Source: an uncultured bacterium (GTDB taxonomy: Bacteria; Fermentibacterota; Fermentibacteria; Fermentibacterales; JCC-6). From it: a stretch of 64,000 nucleotides of DNA. Positions within the stretch are counted from its first letter, which is position 1, and every line of letters begins with the position of its first letter. Positions 20,100-30,108 of the stretch are shown here, piece after piece. The DNA is taken from assembly GCA_964553045.1 (NCBI GenBank), contig CAZKJG010000016.1:494-64493 (forward strand), given 5' to 3'. The position numbers and the translations under genes are program-made. Below the pieces are notes generated by a model, which worked only from the letters and a program-made list of their open reading frames with translations, was not told where the DNA came from and did no database searches.

Positions 20100-20891
20100 C
20101 TATTCGCTTCGGATCAGGTATCCGGCGGTGACCTCGGGGTGCCTGTATCCGTAGCGTCTTTCCGGCCTTCTGCCCTTGTAGATGGCATGCTCTGGGCAGA
20201 AGCTGATGCAGGCGTTGCAGCCCTCGCAACGGTTGTGCCAGACCGGTCTTCCCATTTCGTCGCGCGTGATGTCGCCGGATGGGCAGATTTTCACGCACAA
20301 ACCGCACGACGTGCAGTTCTCGTTTGCGTGGAAGGCGTTGTCCGCCTTGCGTATTCCCTTGGAGAACAGGGGGTGAACCAGCCTGGCCAGCAGTCCGTAG
20401 AGGCCGCCCCCCCTTCCCTCCAGCATGGTTATTCGGTCGATAACGCCGCCGGCGATGGATTGCAGCGAGCTTTCCGCCCGCTCCAGCTTTGCAGATGCCT
20501 TGGGCCCTGGCTCCTGAGGCTTCTCCCGCAGCCTGGAGTTGGAGGGCATTACGACGTCGAAAAGGGCGTCCGGGCGCTGTCCCGCCGCCGCGGCCAGCTT
20601 CTCGAACTGGCGCAGAGCGTTTCCGTAAACGCCGGCATGGGTGGCAACGCAGAAGAGGTAGTCGGCTTCGATGCCTTCCAGCCCCTCCATCAGCTCCCCG
20701 ACCAGTACCGGCATGCCGCCGGCGTAGACGGGGAAGGCAAAGCCCACAACGTTGTCCTCGACATGGATTGCCTGATCCCGCAGGCGATCGGTTATGTGCA
20801 CCAGCCTGGTGTCCCCGATCCTGTCTCCGATGCTCCGGGCAGCGTGGTAGCTGTTGCCGGTTCCGCTGAACCAGTATATCGTGCTGCCCAT
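20100..20891 (-). CDS. EFR1-family protein: flavodoxin-like domain fused to 2x[4Fe-4S] ferredoxin
   Basis: N-terminal IYWFSGTGNS flavodoxin-like FMN loop. C-terminal CTSCGLCVKICP and CEGCNACISFCP. Confidence 0.75.
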   Translation of the reverse strand: MGSTIYWFSGTGNSYHAARSIGDRIGDTRLVHITDRLRDQAIHVEDNVVGFAFPVYAGGMPVLVGELMEGLEGIEADYLFCVATHAGVYGNALRQFEKLAAAAGQRPDALFDVVMPSNSRLREKPQEPGPKASAKLERAESSLQSIAGGVIDRITMLEGRGGGLYGLLARLVHPLFSKGIRKADNAFHANENCTSCGLCVKICPSGDITRDEMGRPVWHNRCEGCNACISFCPEHAIYKGRRPERRYGYRHPEVTAGYLIRSE

Positions 20892-20913
20892 CTTCTGCCT
20901 TTCGTGCGTGAGT

Positions 20914-21795
20914 CTACTCTTCCGACCTGTTCTCTTCGTCGTCCGGCTCCACGTGCACCACCGCTTCCAGTATATCACATTCGCACTCCTCGACCTTCTC
21001 CTGGACGGCGGTGGCGATGCGGTGTCCCTGGGCTACGGACAGGTCAGGGTCCACCAGAATGTGGACGTCCAGCGTCAGCGCTCCGGCCATCTTCCTGACC
21101 CTGAGCCTGTGCGATGAATGAACCCCCGGGACCCCGTCGATGGTTCGTCCTATCCGTCGGACCATCTTTCTCCCCGGTGCCCGGTCGATGAGCTCTTCCA
21201 CAGCGTCCTTTACCAGCTTCACGGCGGTCACGGCCAGAAATGCCGCCAGCAGGGCGGCGGCGAACCGGTCGAGGAAAGCCCACCTCTGGCCCCCGAAGGT
21301 GGCCCCGGCGATTCCGGCGGCCGCGGCCAGGGAGGTGAAGGCGTCTGTCCTGTGGTGCCAGGCGTTGGCCACAACCGAGGGGTCCCTGGCTTTCCGCCCC
21401 ACTCTCTTCGTGACATGGTACAGGAGCTCCTTGGGAACCATCGAGCCCACGGCCACCAGCAGCGGCAGCAGGCCCACCTTGATTTGGTGGGGCTGTCCGT
21501 AGGAAGCTATGGCGTCGTAGGTGATCCAGCCGGCCGTGACCAGGAGCGAGACACCCACCACTATGGAGACCAGGGTGGCCACCCTCCTGTGTCCGTAGTG
21601 GTGGTGGTCGTCGGCCGGCCGTCCCGAGAATCGCAGACCCAGCAGCACAGTCGCGTCGCTGGCCAGGTCCGACACCGAGTGCAGTCCGTCGGCAAGCAGG
21701 GCCCGAGCCCCGGTAAGCAGGCCCACGGTTACCTTGACGGCCGCCAGTCCGACATTCGTGGCCAGTCCCAGGAGGGTAACTTTCTTCGGGGTCAT
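20914..21795 (-). CDS. Cation diffusion facilitator (CDF) family transporter
   Basis: CDF signature (LLADGLHSVSDL...HYGHRR), six TMS, C-terminal cytoplasmic domain. Confidence 0.85.
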   Translation of the reverse strand: MTPKKVTLLGLATNVGLAAVKVTVGLLTGARALLADGLHSVSDLASDATVLLGLRFSGRPADDHHHYGHRRVATLVSIVVGVSLLVTAGWITYDAIASYGQPHQIKVGLLPLLVAVGSMVPKELLYHVTKRVGRKARDPSVVANAWHHRTDAFTSLAAAAGIAGATFGGQRWAFLDRFAAALLAAFLAVTAVKLVKDAVEELIDRAPGRKMVRRIGRTIDGVPGVHSSHRLRVRKMAGALTLDVHILVDPDLSVAQGHRIATAVQEKVEECECDILEAVVHVEPDDEENRSEE

Positions 21796-22769
21796 CAGTA
21801 ACCCAGCTCCGGGTCGACACTGTGAGGCACCGGCTTCCCCGCTGCTGCCGCCTCTATCAGGCGGCCCAGGTAATGGACCCGGCGCGACTCCAGCTCGGCT
21901 ACGTTCATAGCGCCGCCCCTGTGCGGGCTCATCACCACGTTGTCCAGCTTCCCGAAGGGAAAGTCGGAGGGATCGGTGCCGGTTCTGGATTCCGCGCCAC
22001 GGGGGTAGCTGTACCAGACATCGATGCCGGCCGCACCGATCACCCCGTCCCGGAGGGCCTCGTACAGAGCCTTCTCCTCCACCAGCGTCCCCCGGCCCAC
22101 ATTGACCAGCACCGCCCGTTGCCGCATCGAAGACAGCCTGTCCGCGTCCATAATGCCCCGCGTCTCGTCGGTGAGGGGAAGCGAGAGCACAACCGCATTC
22201 GCCTCGACCAGCTGTCCGTCCAGGGCCGACGGCGGAAGCACGGGAGCCCCTTCGCGCACCTCTCCCGGCTTCACGTGACGGGCGATTCCCACCACGTTCG
22301 CCTCCATCGCGATGCAGGTGCGGGCCACCCTGCGTCCGATCTCGCCCATCCCCACCACCAGTATGCGGCTTCCACTGATCAGCATGGCGTTTTCAGGCGA
22401 GTAGCGTATGGTCCAGTCGCCTTTACGGAGGTTCCGGTCCGCCCGGACGATGCGCTTGGCCGCCGCCAGAAGAAGGCCTACGGCCAGCTCGGCGGCAGCG
22501 GGGGCGTTGTGGTGTATGTTGTGAACCGCCAGATGCGGGAACTCCTCCAGGAGCTCCCGGATCGATGCCGGAAGACCCGCCCAGGGAATCACGAGCCAGC
22601 GAAGTGAAGGGACATCCAGCATTTCCCTCTCGGGACGGCCGCACACGAGCATCTCGTAGTCTTCCGGGCCGTGTGATCCGGTGTGCAGCTCAGCGCTGCC
22701 AGCGGTGATTTGCCTCAGCTCCCGAAGGGCGTCTCGGCCCCACTCGCCCGGCATGTATACCCTGAGCAT
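21795..22769 (-). CDS. D-isomer-specific 2-hydroxyacid dehydrogenase family, NAD-binding
   Basis: GMGEIGRRVAR Rossmann motif, VNVGRG, catalytic SPHRGG. Start at M (MLRVYMPGEW) preceded by GGAAGGGA. Confidence 0.8.
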   Translation of the reverse strand: MLRVYMPGEWGRDALRELRQITAGSAELHTGSHGPEDYEMLVCGRPEREMLDVPSLRWLVIPWAGLPASIRELLEEFPHLAVHNIHHNAPAAAELAVGLLLAAAKRIVRADRNLRKGDWTIRYSPENAMLISGSRILVVGMGEIGRRVARTCIAMEANVVGIARHVKPGEVREGAPVLPPSALDGQLVEANAVVLSLPLTDETRGIMDADRLSSMRQRAVLVNVGRGTLVEEKALYEALRDGVIGAAGIDVWYSYPRGAESRTGTDPSDFPFGKLDNVVMSPHRGGAMNVAELESRRVHYLGRLIEAAAAGKPVPHSVDPELGY

Positions 22770-23018
22770 GTATTCCCTTCCGCGGACCCAGTGCAAATCT
22801 AGCACAAGCATTGCTCCCCGTGAACCGCACCCGGTAGGATACGGATGTTCGTGACAACTGCAGCGGGTTGTCTCCGAAAGGGTGATCGGCCGAATTGCAG
22901 GCGTACGGAGGGCTGCGATGTTTCCTGGCGGAATTGTACGGGGCAACGGGCGGCAAGGTGCTGCCGGCAGCGCCTGCCGGAAGAAGATCGATCCTCCGCG
23001 TTCCTGCGGAGTCCCGAG

Positions 23019-23507
23019 TTGACCACCGGTTCTTCGAGTGCGACGGTTTACGTCGATGCCGACGCATGTCCCGTGAAGTCCGAGGTCTACAGGGTAGCCA
23101 GACGGTACGGCCTTTGCGTCGTCGTGGTGTCGAACTCCTGGATGCGCATCCCTCCGGGAAGCTGGGTGACCCTGCAGGTAGTGGACAGGGGCGAGGGGGT
23201 GGCGGACGACTGGATAGCCGAAGCGGTGAGCAGGGACGACATCGTCGTCACCGGCGACATACCCCTGGCCCGGCGCTGCATAGAGGCCGGCGCTCTGGTG
23301 ATGGGCCTGCGCGGAAGGCCCTTCACCGCGGAGAACATATGCTCGGCCCTGGCGACCAGGGATCTGATGGCCGGCCTCCGCGATCAGGGGATAATGGAGG
23401 GGGGCGGTCCCTCTCCCTTCGGGAGGAAGGACCGCTCGCGGTTCCTGGAGGCCATGGACGAGATGGTCAACGCGGTGCTGGCGGGCAGAGCGGACCGGTA
23501 CCGCTGA
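23019..23507 (+). CDS. YaiI/YqxD family protein (UPF0178/DUF188)
   Basis: VYVDADACPV N-terminal motif typical of UPF0178. Probable TTG start. Confidence 0.6.
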   Translation: MTTGSSSATVYVDADACPVKSEVYRVARRYGLCVVVVSNSWMRIPPGSWVTLQVVDRGEGVADDWIAEAVSRDDIVVTGDIPLARRCIEAGALVMGLRGRPFTAENICSALATRDLMAGLRDQGIMEGGGPSPFGRKDRSRFLEAMDEMVNAVLAGRADRYR

Positions 23508-23927
23508 GGAGGCCGAGGCCGTTCGAACAGGTGGCTCGAGACGAGCCTGTGGTGTACACCCTCTGGCGGAGTGACAGCTTGATGTCGTAGGCCGGTATCC
23601 CGTCTTGCCGGTCGATCGGAACCTCCCACGGGAGGGCCTCTGCGCCCTGTCGCTTCAGTTGCCGGCCCACGTTCGGGGCTCGGGATGTCGAAGACCGGCC
23701 GGTCCAGTGTTTCCTTCAGGGCCCGGACGTTGCCGGTTGGGTCCACGGCCAGGTACGTCGCCGGCAGTCTGCAGGACGGGGGATCGTTGCTTCGGTCCTG
23801 CGTGCCGCCTCCAACGGCTCTTTCCCGCAGTCGGTATATTGCCCTTTACCGTTCGGACCGATCAACGCAGTTTTTGTGCGGATCGTGCGTACTCCATGGT
23901 TTGACGTTACCGGGGAGATGGAGGAAC

Positions 23928-24857
23928 ATGATGGAAGCGCTGAGCGGCTTTCTGCAGGAGGTCGGCTGGCAGGACAGGCTTCTCGATCTGGTGAAGATAG
24001 TGTTCATACTGGTTCTGGCCTGGGGGGCCAGGCTGGCCCTGCGAAAGGCCATGGACAGGATGGAGGGCAGGCTGGTCCGTCGGCACGAGAAGGAGGGGGA
24101 GCCGCCCTCGGAGGTGGGCAAGCGCGTTTCCACCATCATGAAGCTGGTGCGTCAGGCCGTATCGATCGTATTCTGGGGCATGGTGTTTCTGATAGTGCTC
24201 CGCGAGCTGGGCGTGAATATCGCCCCCCTCCTCGCTGGCGCCGGAATACTGGGCCTGGCCGTGGGGTTCGGCGCGCAGAACCTGGTTCGGGACATCATAT
24301 CGGGGCTGTTCATGCTCCTGGAGGACCAGGTCCGGGTGGGTGACGTGGCCATCATCAACGGAACCGGCGGCTTCGTGGAAGAGGTCAACTTCCGCACCCT
24401 GGTGCTTCGTGACCTCGGCGGCGTGGTGCACGTATTCCCCAACGGCGGCATAACGAGTCTGAGCAACATGACCCACGACTGGTCGGCCTACGTCTTCGAG
24501 ATCGGGGTTGCCTACAAGGAGGACACCGACCGGGTGGTCGAGGTAATGGAGGAGGTCGGCGCGGAGCTGCGGGCGGACGAGTACTTCGGCAAGCTGATAC
24601 TGGAGGATCTGGAGATATTCGGTGTCGACAAGTTCGACAGCTCCTCGGTGGTGATAAAGGCCCGCCTCAAGACCAGGCCGGTGAAGCAGTGGGAGGTGGG
24701 CAGACAGTACCTCAGAAGGCTGAAGTACGCCTTCGACGAAAGGAATATAGAGATTCCGTTCCCCCACCAGAGCCTCTACTTCGGCGAGGCCAGCAGACCC
24801 ATAGAGCTTAAGCTGGTGGGCGGCCGGGAGGAGCTTTCGGCCGCAGCGGCCGACTGA
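23928..24857 (+). CDS. Mechanosensitive ion channel (MscS family)
   Basis: Three N-terminal TMS then MscS beta-domain (GDVAIINGTGGFVEEVNFRTLVLRDLGGVVHVFPNG). GGAGG SD. Confidence 0.85.
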   Translation: MMEALSGFLQEVGWQDRLLDLVKIVFILVLAWGARLALRKAMDRMEGRLVRRHEKEGEPPSEVGKRVSTIMKLVRQAVSIVFWGMVFLIVLRELGVNIAPLLAGAGILGLAVGFGAQNLVRDIISGLFMLLEDQVRVGDVAIINGTGGFVEEVNFRTLVLRDLGGVVHVFPNGGITSLSNMTHDWSAYVFEIGVAYKEDTDRVVEVMEEVGAELRADEYFGKLILEDLEIFGVDKFDSSSVVIKARLKTRPVKQWEVGRQYLRRLKYAFDERNIEIPFPHQSLYFGEASRPIELKLVGGREELSAAAAD

Positions 24858-24921
24858 CCGTAAGGAGAGCCTTGCGGCCGTTGGACATTGTCCAGATTAT
24901 CTGTCTGGGAGGTGAGGCCGG

Positions 24922-25602
24922 ATGACTGCGCCCAGGTCGGTTCTGAACGGTCTGCTACAGGCCTACTGGGATTCGCAGGAGCACGGCCGCCGGGAGCTGC
25001 TCGAGAGGGTTTGGACGGAGTTGGGCGGCCGGGGGGCGGTCCTCATAACGGACATGTCCAGGTTCTCCAGGATCACCCGCGAGCTGGGCATCGTCCACTA
25101 CCTGGCCATGATCCGCTGCATGCAGAGAACGGTCTCTCCGCTGGTGGAGTCCCGGGAAGGAATGGTCGTGAAGCTGATGGCCGACAACTGCTTCTCCCTC
25201 TTCACCGATGTGCCGCAGGCCCTGGAGGCGGCTATGGCCATGGTCGGCGCGGTGGGAGCGGTGAGCACCAGCAGGCCGGAGGATCCTCCTCTGGAGGTCT
25301 GCTCCGGCCTCGACTGGGGCAGGCTGCTCCTGGTCTGCTCCGAGGATGAGGACCGCAGGGTCTGCGACTACTTCGGCGATCCGGTGAACGTGGCCAGCAA
25401 GCTGGGAGAGGATCTGGCGGGTCCCGGTGAGGTTCTGATAACCGGAAGGGCCATGGAGCGTGTGCCGGCGGACGCCGTGCCGAAATGCCGGGAACGGAGG
25501 TTCCGCATATCGGGCTTGGAGATCGACGCCTTGTCGGTACGCCCCGCCTCGAAGACAGCCTTTGCCTGCAAGCCCAGAGGCCCGATGCGGAGATCTGAGT
25601 GA
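24922..25602 (+). CDS. Stand-alone class III nucleotidyl (adenylate/guanylate) cyclase catalytic domain
   Basis: AVLITDMSRFS (metal-binding Asp), ADNCFSLF, and GDPVNVASKLGE (GDxVNxASR motif). About 226 aa, no sensor domain. Confidence 0.6.
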   Translation: MTAPRSVLNGLLQAYWDSQEHGRRELLERVWTELGGRGAVLITDMSRFSRITRELGIVHYLAMIRCMQRTVSPLVESREGMVVKLMADNCFSLFTDVPQALEAAMAMVGAVGAVSTSRPEDPPLEVCSGLDWGRLLLVCSEDEDRRVCDYFGDPVNVASKLGEDLAGPGEVLITGRAMERVPADAVPKCRERRFRISGLEIDALSVRPASKTAFACKPRGPMRRSE

Positions 25603-25690
25603 CCGTCATCATGGCTGTCCTGTTTGTGTATAATCCTGAGTAGGGTATCCGTGCGATCATGATCGGAAGCGCCATAAAGAGGGGAACCCG

Positions 25691-27016
25691 TTGAACGAGG
25701 TAACGGTAGTTGGTGCGGGCCTTGCCGGAAGCGAAGCCGCATGGCAGCTGGCCCGAGCCGGCATACCGGTGAGGCTGGTGGAGATGCGCCCTGCGCAACA
25801 GACCCCGGCGCACAGCACCGGGCGTCCGGCCGAGCTGATCTGCTCCAACTCCCTGCGGTCGAAGTCAATGTCCAACGCCGCCGGGGTTCTGAAGGAGGAG
25901 CTGCGCCGCGCCGGCTCGCTGCTCATCGACGTGGCAGACCGCACCTCGGTTCCCGCGGGAATGGCGCTGGCGGTGGACAGGGACCTGTTCTCCAGAGGCG
26001 TAAAGCAGCGTCTGGAGGCGGAACCGCTGATCGAGATCGTAAGGAGGGAGGAGAAGGAGGTGCCGCCTCGGTGCGCGATAGTCGCCACGGGCCCCCTCAC
26101 CGCCGGAGCCCTGGCCTCCAGTCTCGTGGAGCTGACCGGCGTGGAGAGTCTCTACTTCTACGACGCCATAGCCCCGGTCGTAGACGAGGAGAGCATCGAC
26201 CGCTCCAGGGCCTTCCTTCAGTCCCGGCACGAACCGGTGGGTGAGGGCGACTACCTGAACTGTCCCTTCTACCGGGAGGACTACGAGGCTTTCGTACGCG
26301 AGCTCCTGCAGGCGGAGAAGGTTCCCCTCAAGCGGTTCGAGCGGGAGATACACTTCGCCGGCTGCATGCCGGTGGAGGCCATCGCAGGCCAAGGCCTGGA
26401 AACGCTGGCGCACGGGCCAATGCGCCCGGTCGGCATCAGGGACCCCCGCACCGGCAAGCAGCCGTACGCCGTGGTTCAGCTGCGCATGGAGAACCGGGCC
26501 GGCACCGCCTGGAACATGGTGGGCTTCCAGACAAAGCTCACCTACTCCGAGCAGCGTCGCGTCTTTCGAATGATCCCGGGTCTGGAGGAAACCGAGTTCC
26601 TCAGGTACGGGTCCATGCACCGCAACACCTTCGTGGACGGGCCGGAGGTCCTGGACGAAAGGTTGAGGCTGAAGAGCAGGCCCGGCGTGCGTCTGGCGGG
26701 CCAGATAACCGGTGTGGAGGGCTACATCGAGTCCATCGCTTCGGGATTCCTGGCGGCGGCCTTCACCGCTTCGGAGGCTCTGGGGGCGGAACTGGAGCCG
26801 CCACCCAGGGAGACGGCCCTGCGCTCCCTCTTGGCCTACGCCACCCGACCGGGAAAGGGCACCTTCCAGCCCAGCAACATCAACTTCGGCCTCTTTGCTC
26901 CCATTGAGAAGAGGATGCGGAAGCGGGAGCGCAGAAGGGAGTACGGTCGAAGGGCACTGGAGAGCCTGGGCCCCTGGCTGGATTCACTGCACCGCGTGCT
27001 GGACCCGCTCAGCTGA
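25691..27016 (+). CDS. trmFO: Methylenetetrahydrofolate--tRNA-(uracil54-C5)-methyltransferase TrmFO
   Basis: VTVVGAGLAGSEAAWQLA FAD motif, LICSNSLRS, GQITGVEGYIESIASG. Characteristic TrmFO length and order. Confidence 0.9.
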   Translation: MNEVTVVGAGLAGSEAAWQLARAGIPVRLVEMRPAQQTPAHSTGRPAELICSNSLRSKSMSNAAGVLKEELRRAGSLLIDVADRTSVPAGMALAVDRDLFSRGVKQRLEAEPLIEIVRREEKEVPPRCAIVATGPLTAGALASSLVELTGVESLYFYDAIAPVVDEESIDRSRAFLQSRHEPVGEGDYLNCPFYREDYEAFVRELLQAEKVPLKRFEREIHFAGCMPVEAIAGQGLETLAHGPMRPVGIRDPRTGKQPYAVVQLRMENRAGTAWNMVGFQTKLTYSEQRRVFRMIPGLEETEFLRYGSMHRNTFVDGPEVLDERLRLKSRPGVRLAGQITGVEGYIESIASGFLAAAFTASEALGAELEPPPRETALRSLLAYATRPGKGTFQPSNINFGLFAPIEKRMRKRERRREYGRRALESLGPWLDSLHRVLDPLS

Positions 27017-27746
27017 GCAGCAGCTTCAGAACGCTTCCCAGAACGGCGACCACCAGCACGGCCTTTATCCACCTCTCTCCCCTGCTGATGTTGAAGACGG
27101 TGCCCATCCAGCCGCCCAGGGCGTTGCCGGCCGTGAGGACCAGCGCCGGAAGCCAGTAGATCTTGCCCCCCAGGAGGAATACGGCAATTGCGGGAACGGT
27201 GTAGATGCCGACTATCAGAACCTTCAGGCTGTTCGTCCTCACCATGGAGAGTCCGCCGAGGTTGTGGAGCAGCATGATGATCAAGAATCCCACTCCGGCC
27301 TGTATGACCCCGCCGTATACGCCGACCAGAAAGAATAGGGCCGCGAGGAGCCCCTTTCTGCGAGGGGTCTCGCCGTTGGCCGCGCTGCTGCGCTTCAGCA
27401 GTATGGCCGCCAGCACGGCCAGCATGACGGCCGCCAGCAGGGTGCGCATCTGGGCCTCGTCCATACGGACCGCGATCCCGGCCCCCAGGAGCGCGCCCCC
27501 GACCGCAGGAAGCGCCAGCATCAGCCCGAGCTTGGGCTGGAATAGGCCCGAATGCCGGAATCGGCTAATGGATACGATGTTCTGCCCCAGTATGGCTATT
27601 CGGTTGGTTCCGTTGGCGACCGTCGGCGGAAGGCCGAGGAAGATCAGCGCGGGCAGTGTCAGCAGGGAACCGCCGCCGGCGGAGATGTTAATGAAGCCGG
27701 CCAGGCAGCCGGCTGCCAGGAGCAGCAGGAGTCGCAGAGGCTCCAA
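27009..27746 (-). CDS. TSUP (TauE/SafE) family membrane transporter
   Basis: Duplicated 4-TMS halves with FINISAGGGSLLTLPALIFLGLP and GGVIQAGVGFLII motifs. Confidence 0.8.
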   Translation of the reverse strand: MEPLRLLLLLAAGCLAGFINISAGGGSLLTLPALIFLGLPPTVANGTNRIAILGQNIVSISRFRHSGLFQPKLGLMLALPAVGGALLGAGIAVRMDEAQMRTLLAAVMLAVLAAILLKRSSAANGETPRRKGLLAALFFLVGVYGGVIQAGVGFLIIMLLHNLGGLSMVRTNSLKVLIVGIYTVPAIAVFLLGGKIYWLPALVLTAGNALGGWMGTVFNISRGERWIKAVLVVAVLGSVLKLLLS

Positions 27747-27844
27747 TTGCCCTCCGTGGGCTGGGGTGGCGTCAGCAATCGAATCATCAAGATACCCCTC
27801 CCGATGCCGGGGGACAAGACCCTCCGGGAAGCGGTTGGAGCGGT

Positions 27845-28615
27845 CTAGACGAAGGCGGGGCTTTCGCGGCGGCAGGCGCCCGAGGAGAGCTTTTCGGCCA
27901 GGGCGATATCACGCAGCTGTCGCAGAAGGAGCATGGCCCTCTTTCCCCGATACCTTCCGGGCAGTATTCGGTCGATTACCAGCCAGAGACCATCGTTGGA
28001 GATTGCTACTCTTCCCGGGCCGGTACGGCCGCTGAGGTACTCGCTGTCCAGGCCCATCGGCGAGCTGGTGGTTCGCAGATGACCGTCGACGATCTCGCAG
28101 GCGAAGCAGGGAGGCTGCGAGATGACTCCGGTACGCAACAGCACTCGGCCGTCGTGCAGGATCTGTACGCCGCTGCTGACGTCCCGGTCGTTCCTCCGAC
28201 CCCGGAGCACCTGAGAGGAAATGACGTCGCCGGGACCAACCGCACTGGCAGCGGGAAGGCCGAGTCTCTGCTCGCCGTGGAGCTTCAGGCCGGCCTCGGC
28301 CAGGGTTCTGCCCGAAGGGAACCTCCTGTCGTCCAGCCGCCCCCTGTAGCCGCGAAGCGTAGAGGTCATCAGAAAGGCGACGGAACCGGTTCCGTCGCGG
28401 CCCACGGCGAACGGGTCCCAGACCATCAGCCCGGCCGTGACAGCTGCCAGGAGGCTACGCAGCCACCGCGACCAGCCGGACCCTCCGGTCTCGAGGATGC
28501 AACGCAGCTCCGCCGAAGGGCGGCAGGGCTCCGTTGCCGCAGCGGTCGGGATGCTCAGCTCTTCCAGCGCCTTCGAGATTTCTCGAATGGTTCCCCCGCT
28601 CACCGGCCAGACCAT
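27845..28615 (-). CDS. Hypothetical membrane-anchored protein
   Basis: One N-proximal TMS (LLAAVTAGLMVW). Weak resemblance to the phosphodiester-glycosidase (DUF2233) core but lacking the DGGGS motif. Confidence 0.4.
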   Translation of the reverse strand: MVWPVSGGTIREISKALEELSIPTAAATEPCRPSAELRCILETGGSGWSRWLRSLLAAVTAGLMVWDPFAVGRDGTGSVAFLMTSTLRGYRGRLDDRRFPSGRTLAEAGLKLHGEQRLGLPAASAVGPGDVISSQVLRGRRNDRDVSSGVQILHDGRVLLRTGVISQPPCFACEIVDGHLRTTSSPMGLDSEYLSGRTGPGRVAISNDGLWLVIDRILPGRYRGKRAMLLLRQLRDIALAEKLSSGACRRESPAFV

Positions 28616-28748
28616 CGGCTCCTCCTTTCCCCCCTCGACCGCTTCGCATGCAGACTGGTCCGCCGCTGTTAAACCCCTATTAAGGAAGGTTTAAGTTCTC
28701 GATTGGGGGTGGCCGGGGCGACGGCCGGCTTGCATCTTCGGTTCGGAG

Positions 28749-29207
28749 GTGGACATGGGCTGGCTTCGATACGCCCTTCCGGGACTGCTGGCACTGGTGG
28801 CCGTACTGGTGACCCTGTCGCTTCTGAAGAGAAGGGCCTTGGAGGATCTCAGACGGAGGCTGGCCGGCCGGACGATCGTGCGAATAGACCGCAGGGCCAA
28901 TTTCTTCGGCGTCGAGTCGAAGGGTCAGGCGCAGCTGCGCGGCAACGGGGTTCTGGTGCTTACGTCCGGCCAGCTCGTCTTCGAGATGCTTCTGCCCAGA
29001 AGGGAGATGGTCATGGACCTTTCCAGGGTCAGGCGTCTGGCCAGTGTGAGAAGCCATCTTCACAAGTCGGTGATGAGGCCGCTGCTTCGCGTGGAGTTCG
29101 ATGACGGCGCCGGGGGAACGGATGCCGTGGCATGGTATGTGCGCGATGTTGACGAATGGATCACCGCGATAGCGGCGCTGTGCGAATGCGAGGTGGAGGG
29201 CGCATAA
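28749..29207 (+). CDS. Hypothetical membrane-anchored protein (bacterial PH-like domain suspected)
   Basis: N-terminal TMS (LPGLLALVAVLVTLSLL) followed by a beta-rich about 100-aa domain. Confidence 0.4.
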   Translation: MDMGWLRYALPGLLALVAVLVTLSLLKRRALEDLRRRLAGRTIVRIDRRANFFGVESKGQAQLRGNGVLVLTSGQLVFEMLLPRREMVMDLSRVRRLASVRSHLHKSVMRPLLRVEFDDGAGGTDAVAWYVRDVDEWITAIAALCECEVEGA

Positions 29208-29262
29208 GCCTCCGACCTTCCGCCATCCTCCTCCTCCGGGCGGAAGGTGGGGCCAGGCCGTG

Positions 29263-29805
29263 CTAGGCCCCTGCGGCCTGCGCCTTCGAGTCGTCCGGGC
29301 TCTCGTCGATCAGGCCCATCTTCTCCAGTCTGGCGAGTATGGCCTGATCGGTTCTGCCCAGGACCCTGCCTATGGCCTCTACCTCACTGCCGTTCTCGAA
29401 ACGGGACCGAAGTGTCTCCTCGTCCTCTTCGGTCCAGCGTGAGAAGGCGCGGGGATGCTCTTTGCGCAGGGTGTCTCCCGGGAGGTCGCCCCGGTCCTCG
29501 ATGGCCCTGAGAGCCTCTTCTCCGGCGCGGTCCACCTGTTCCAGCAGACCGCTGATGTCCTCCTCGAAGACCATCACCCGGGACTGCTCGAAGCCCTGGT
29601 CGCCCCGGCGGCGCGACTCGGTGAGCACCATGTAGAAGCGGCCGTTGACCGCCTGGCGCACGTCGATGAAGTAGCAGACCTTACCCGAGGTATGCCTTCC
29701 GGAGTGGACCGTGGTGCGTGAAGCGTTGCTCTGCATAACCTTCCTCCTTTCACTGAACACCAGTTCACCTACTCCTATTGTACCCGGGAATCCGAACCTT
29801 TTCAA
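29263..29805 (-). CDS. PUR-alpha-like/DUF3276 nucleic-acid-binding protein
   Basis: KVCYFIDVRQAVNGRFYMVLTESRR resembles the bacterial Pur-alpha-like repeat. Acidic linker and C-terminal helical region. Confidence 0.45.
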   Translation of the reverse strand: MKRFGFPGTIGVGELVFSERRKVMQSNASRTTVHSGRHTSGKVCYFIDVRQAVNGRFYMVLTESRRRGDQGFEQSRVMVFEEDISGLLEQVDRAGEEALRAIEDRGDLPGDTLRKEHPRAFSRWTEEDEETLRSRFENGSEVEAIGRVLGRTDQAILARLEKMGLIDESPDDSKAQAAGA

Positions 29806-30055
29806 GGGGGGAACAAAAAGTGACGGGCAGGTATATATACATCGGGTGAGATGATTGACGGTCTGCCCAAAACAGGGTGAACGATTCGAATCATCTGCCT
29901 GTCCCCCCTCTTCCCTCCAGAGGGGGGACCCCTCCGGGGAGGGGCGCCGCCTCCTTACCGGCAGCCGACCCCTGCGGAAAGGGCGTCCCTCCCCACTTCC
30001 TGAGAAGAGGCCGCCGGCATCGGCGGCCTCTTCAGTTCAGTACCGTACCGATGGA

Positions 30056-30092
30056 GAAAGGGCCGGGTCTCCCCGGGGAGGCCCGGCCCCGC
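30056..30092 (-). terminator. Rho-independent terminator downstream of the M28 peptidase gene
   Basis: On the minus strand ggccgggcctcc ccgg ggagacccggcc then tttct. A second perfect palindrome gaggccgccg gcatc ggcggcctc lies at about 30009-30033. Confidence 0.5.
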
Positions 30093-30108
30093 TACGTGTG
30101 TGCCGGTC

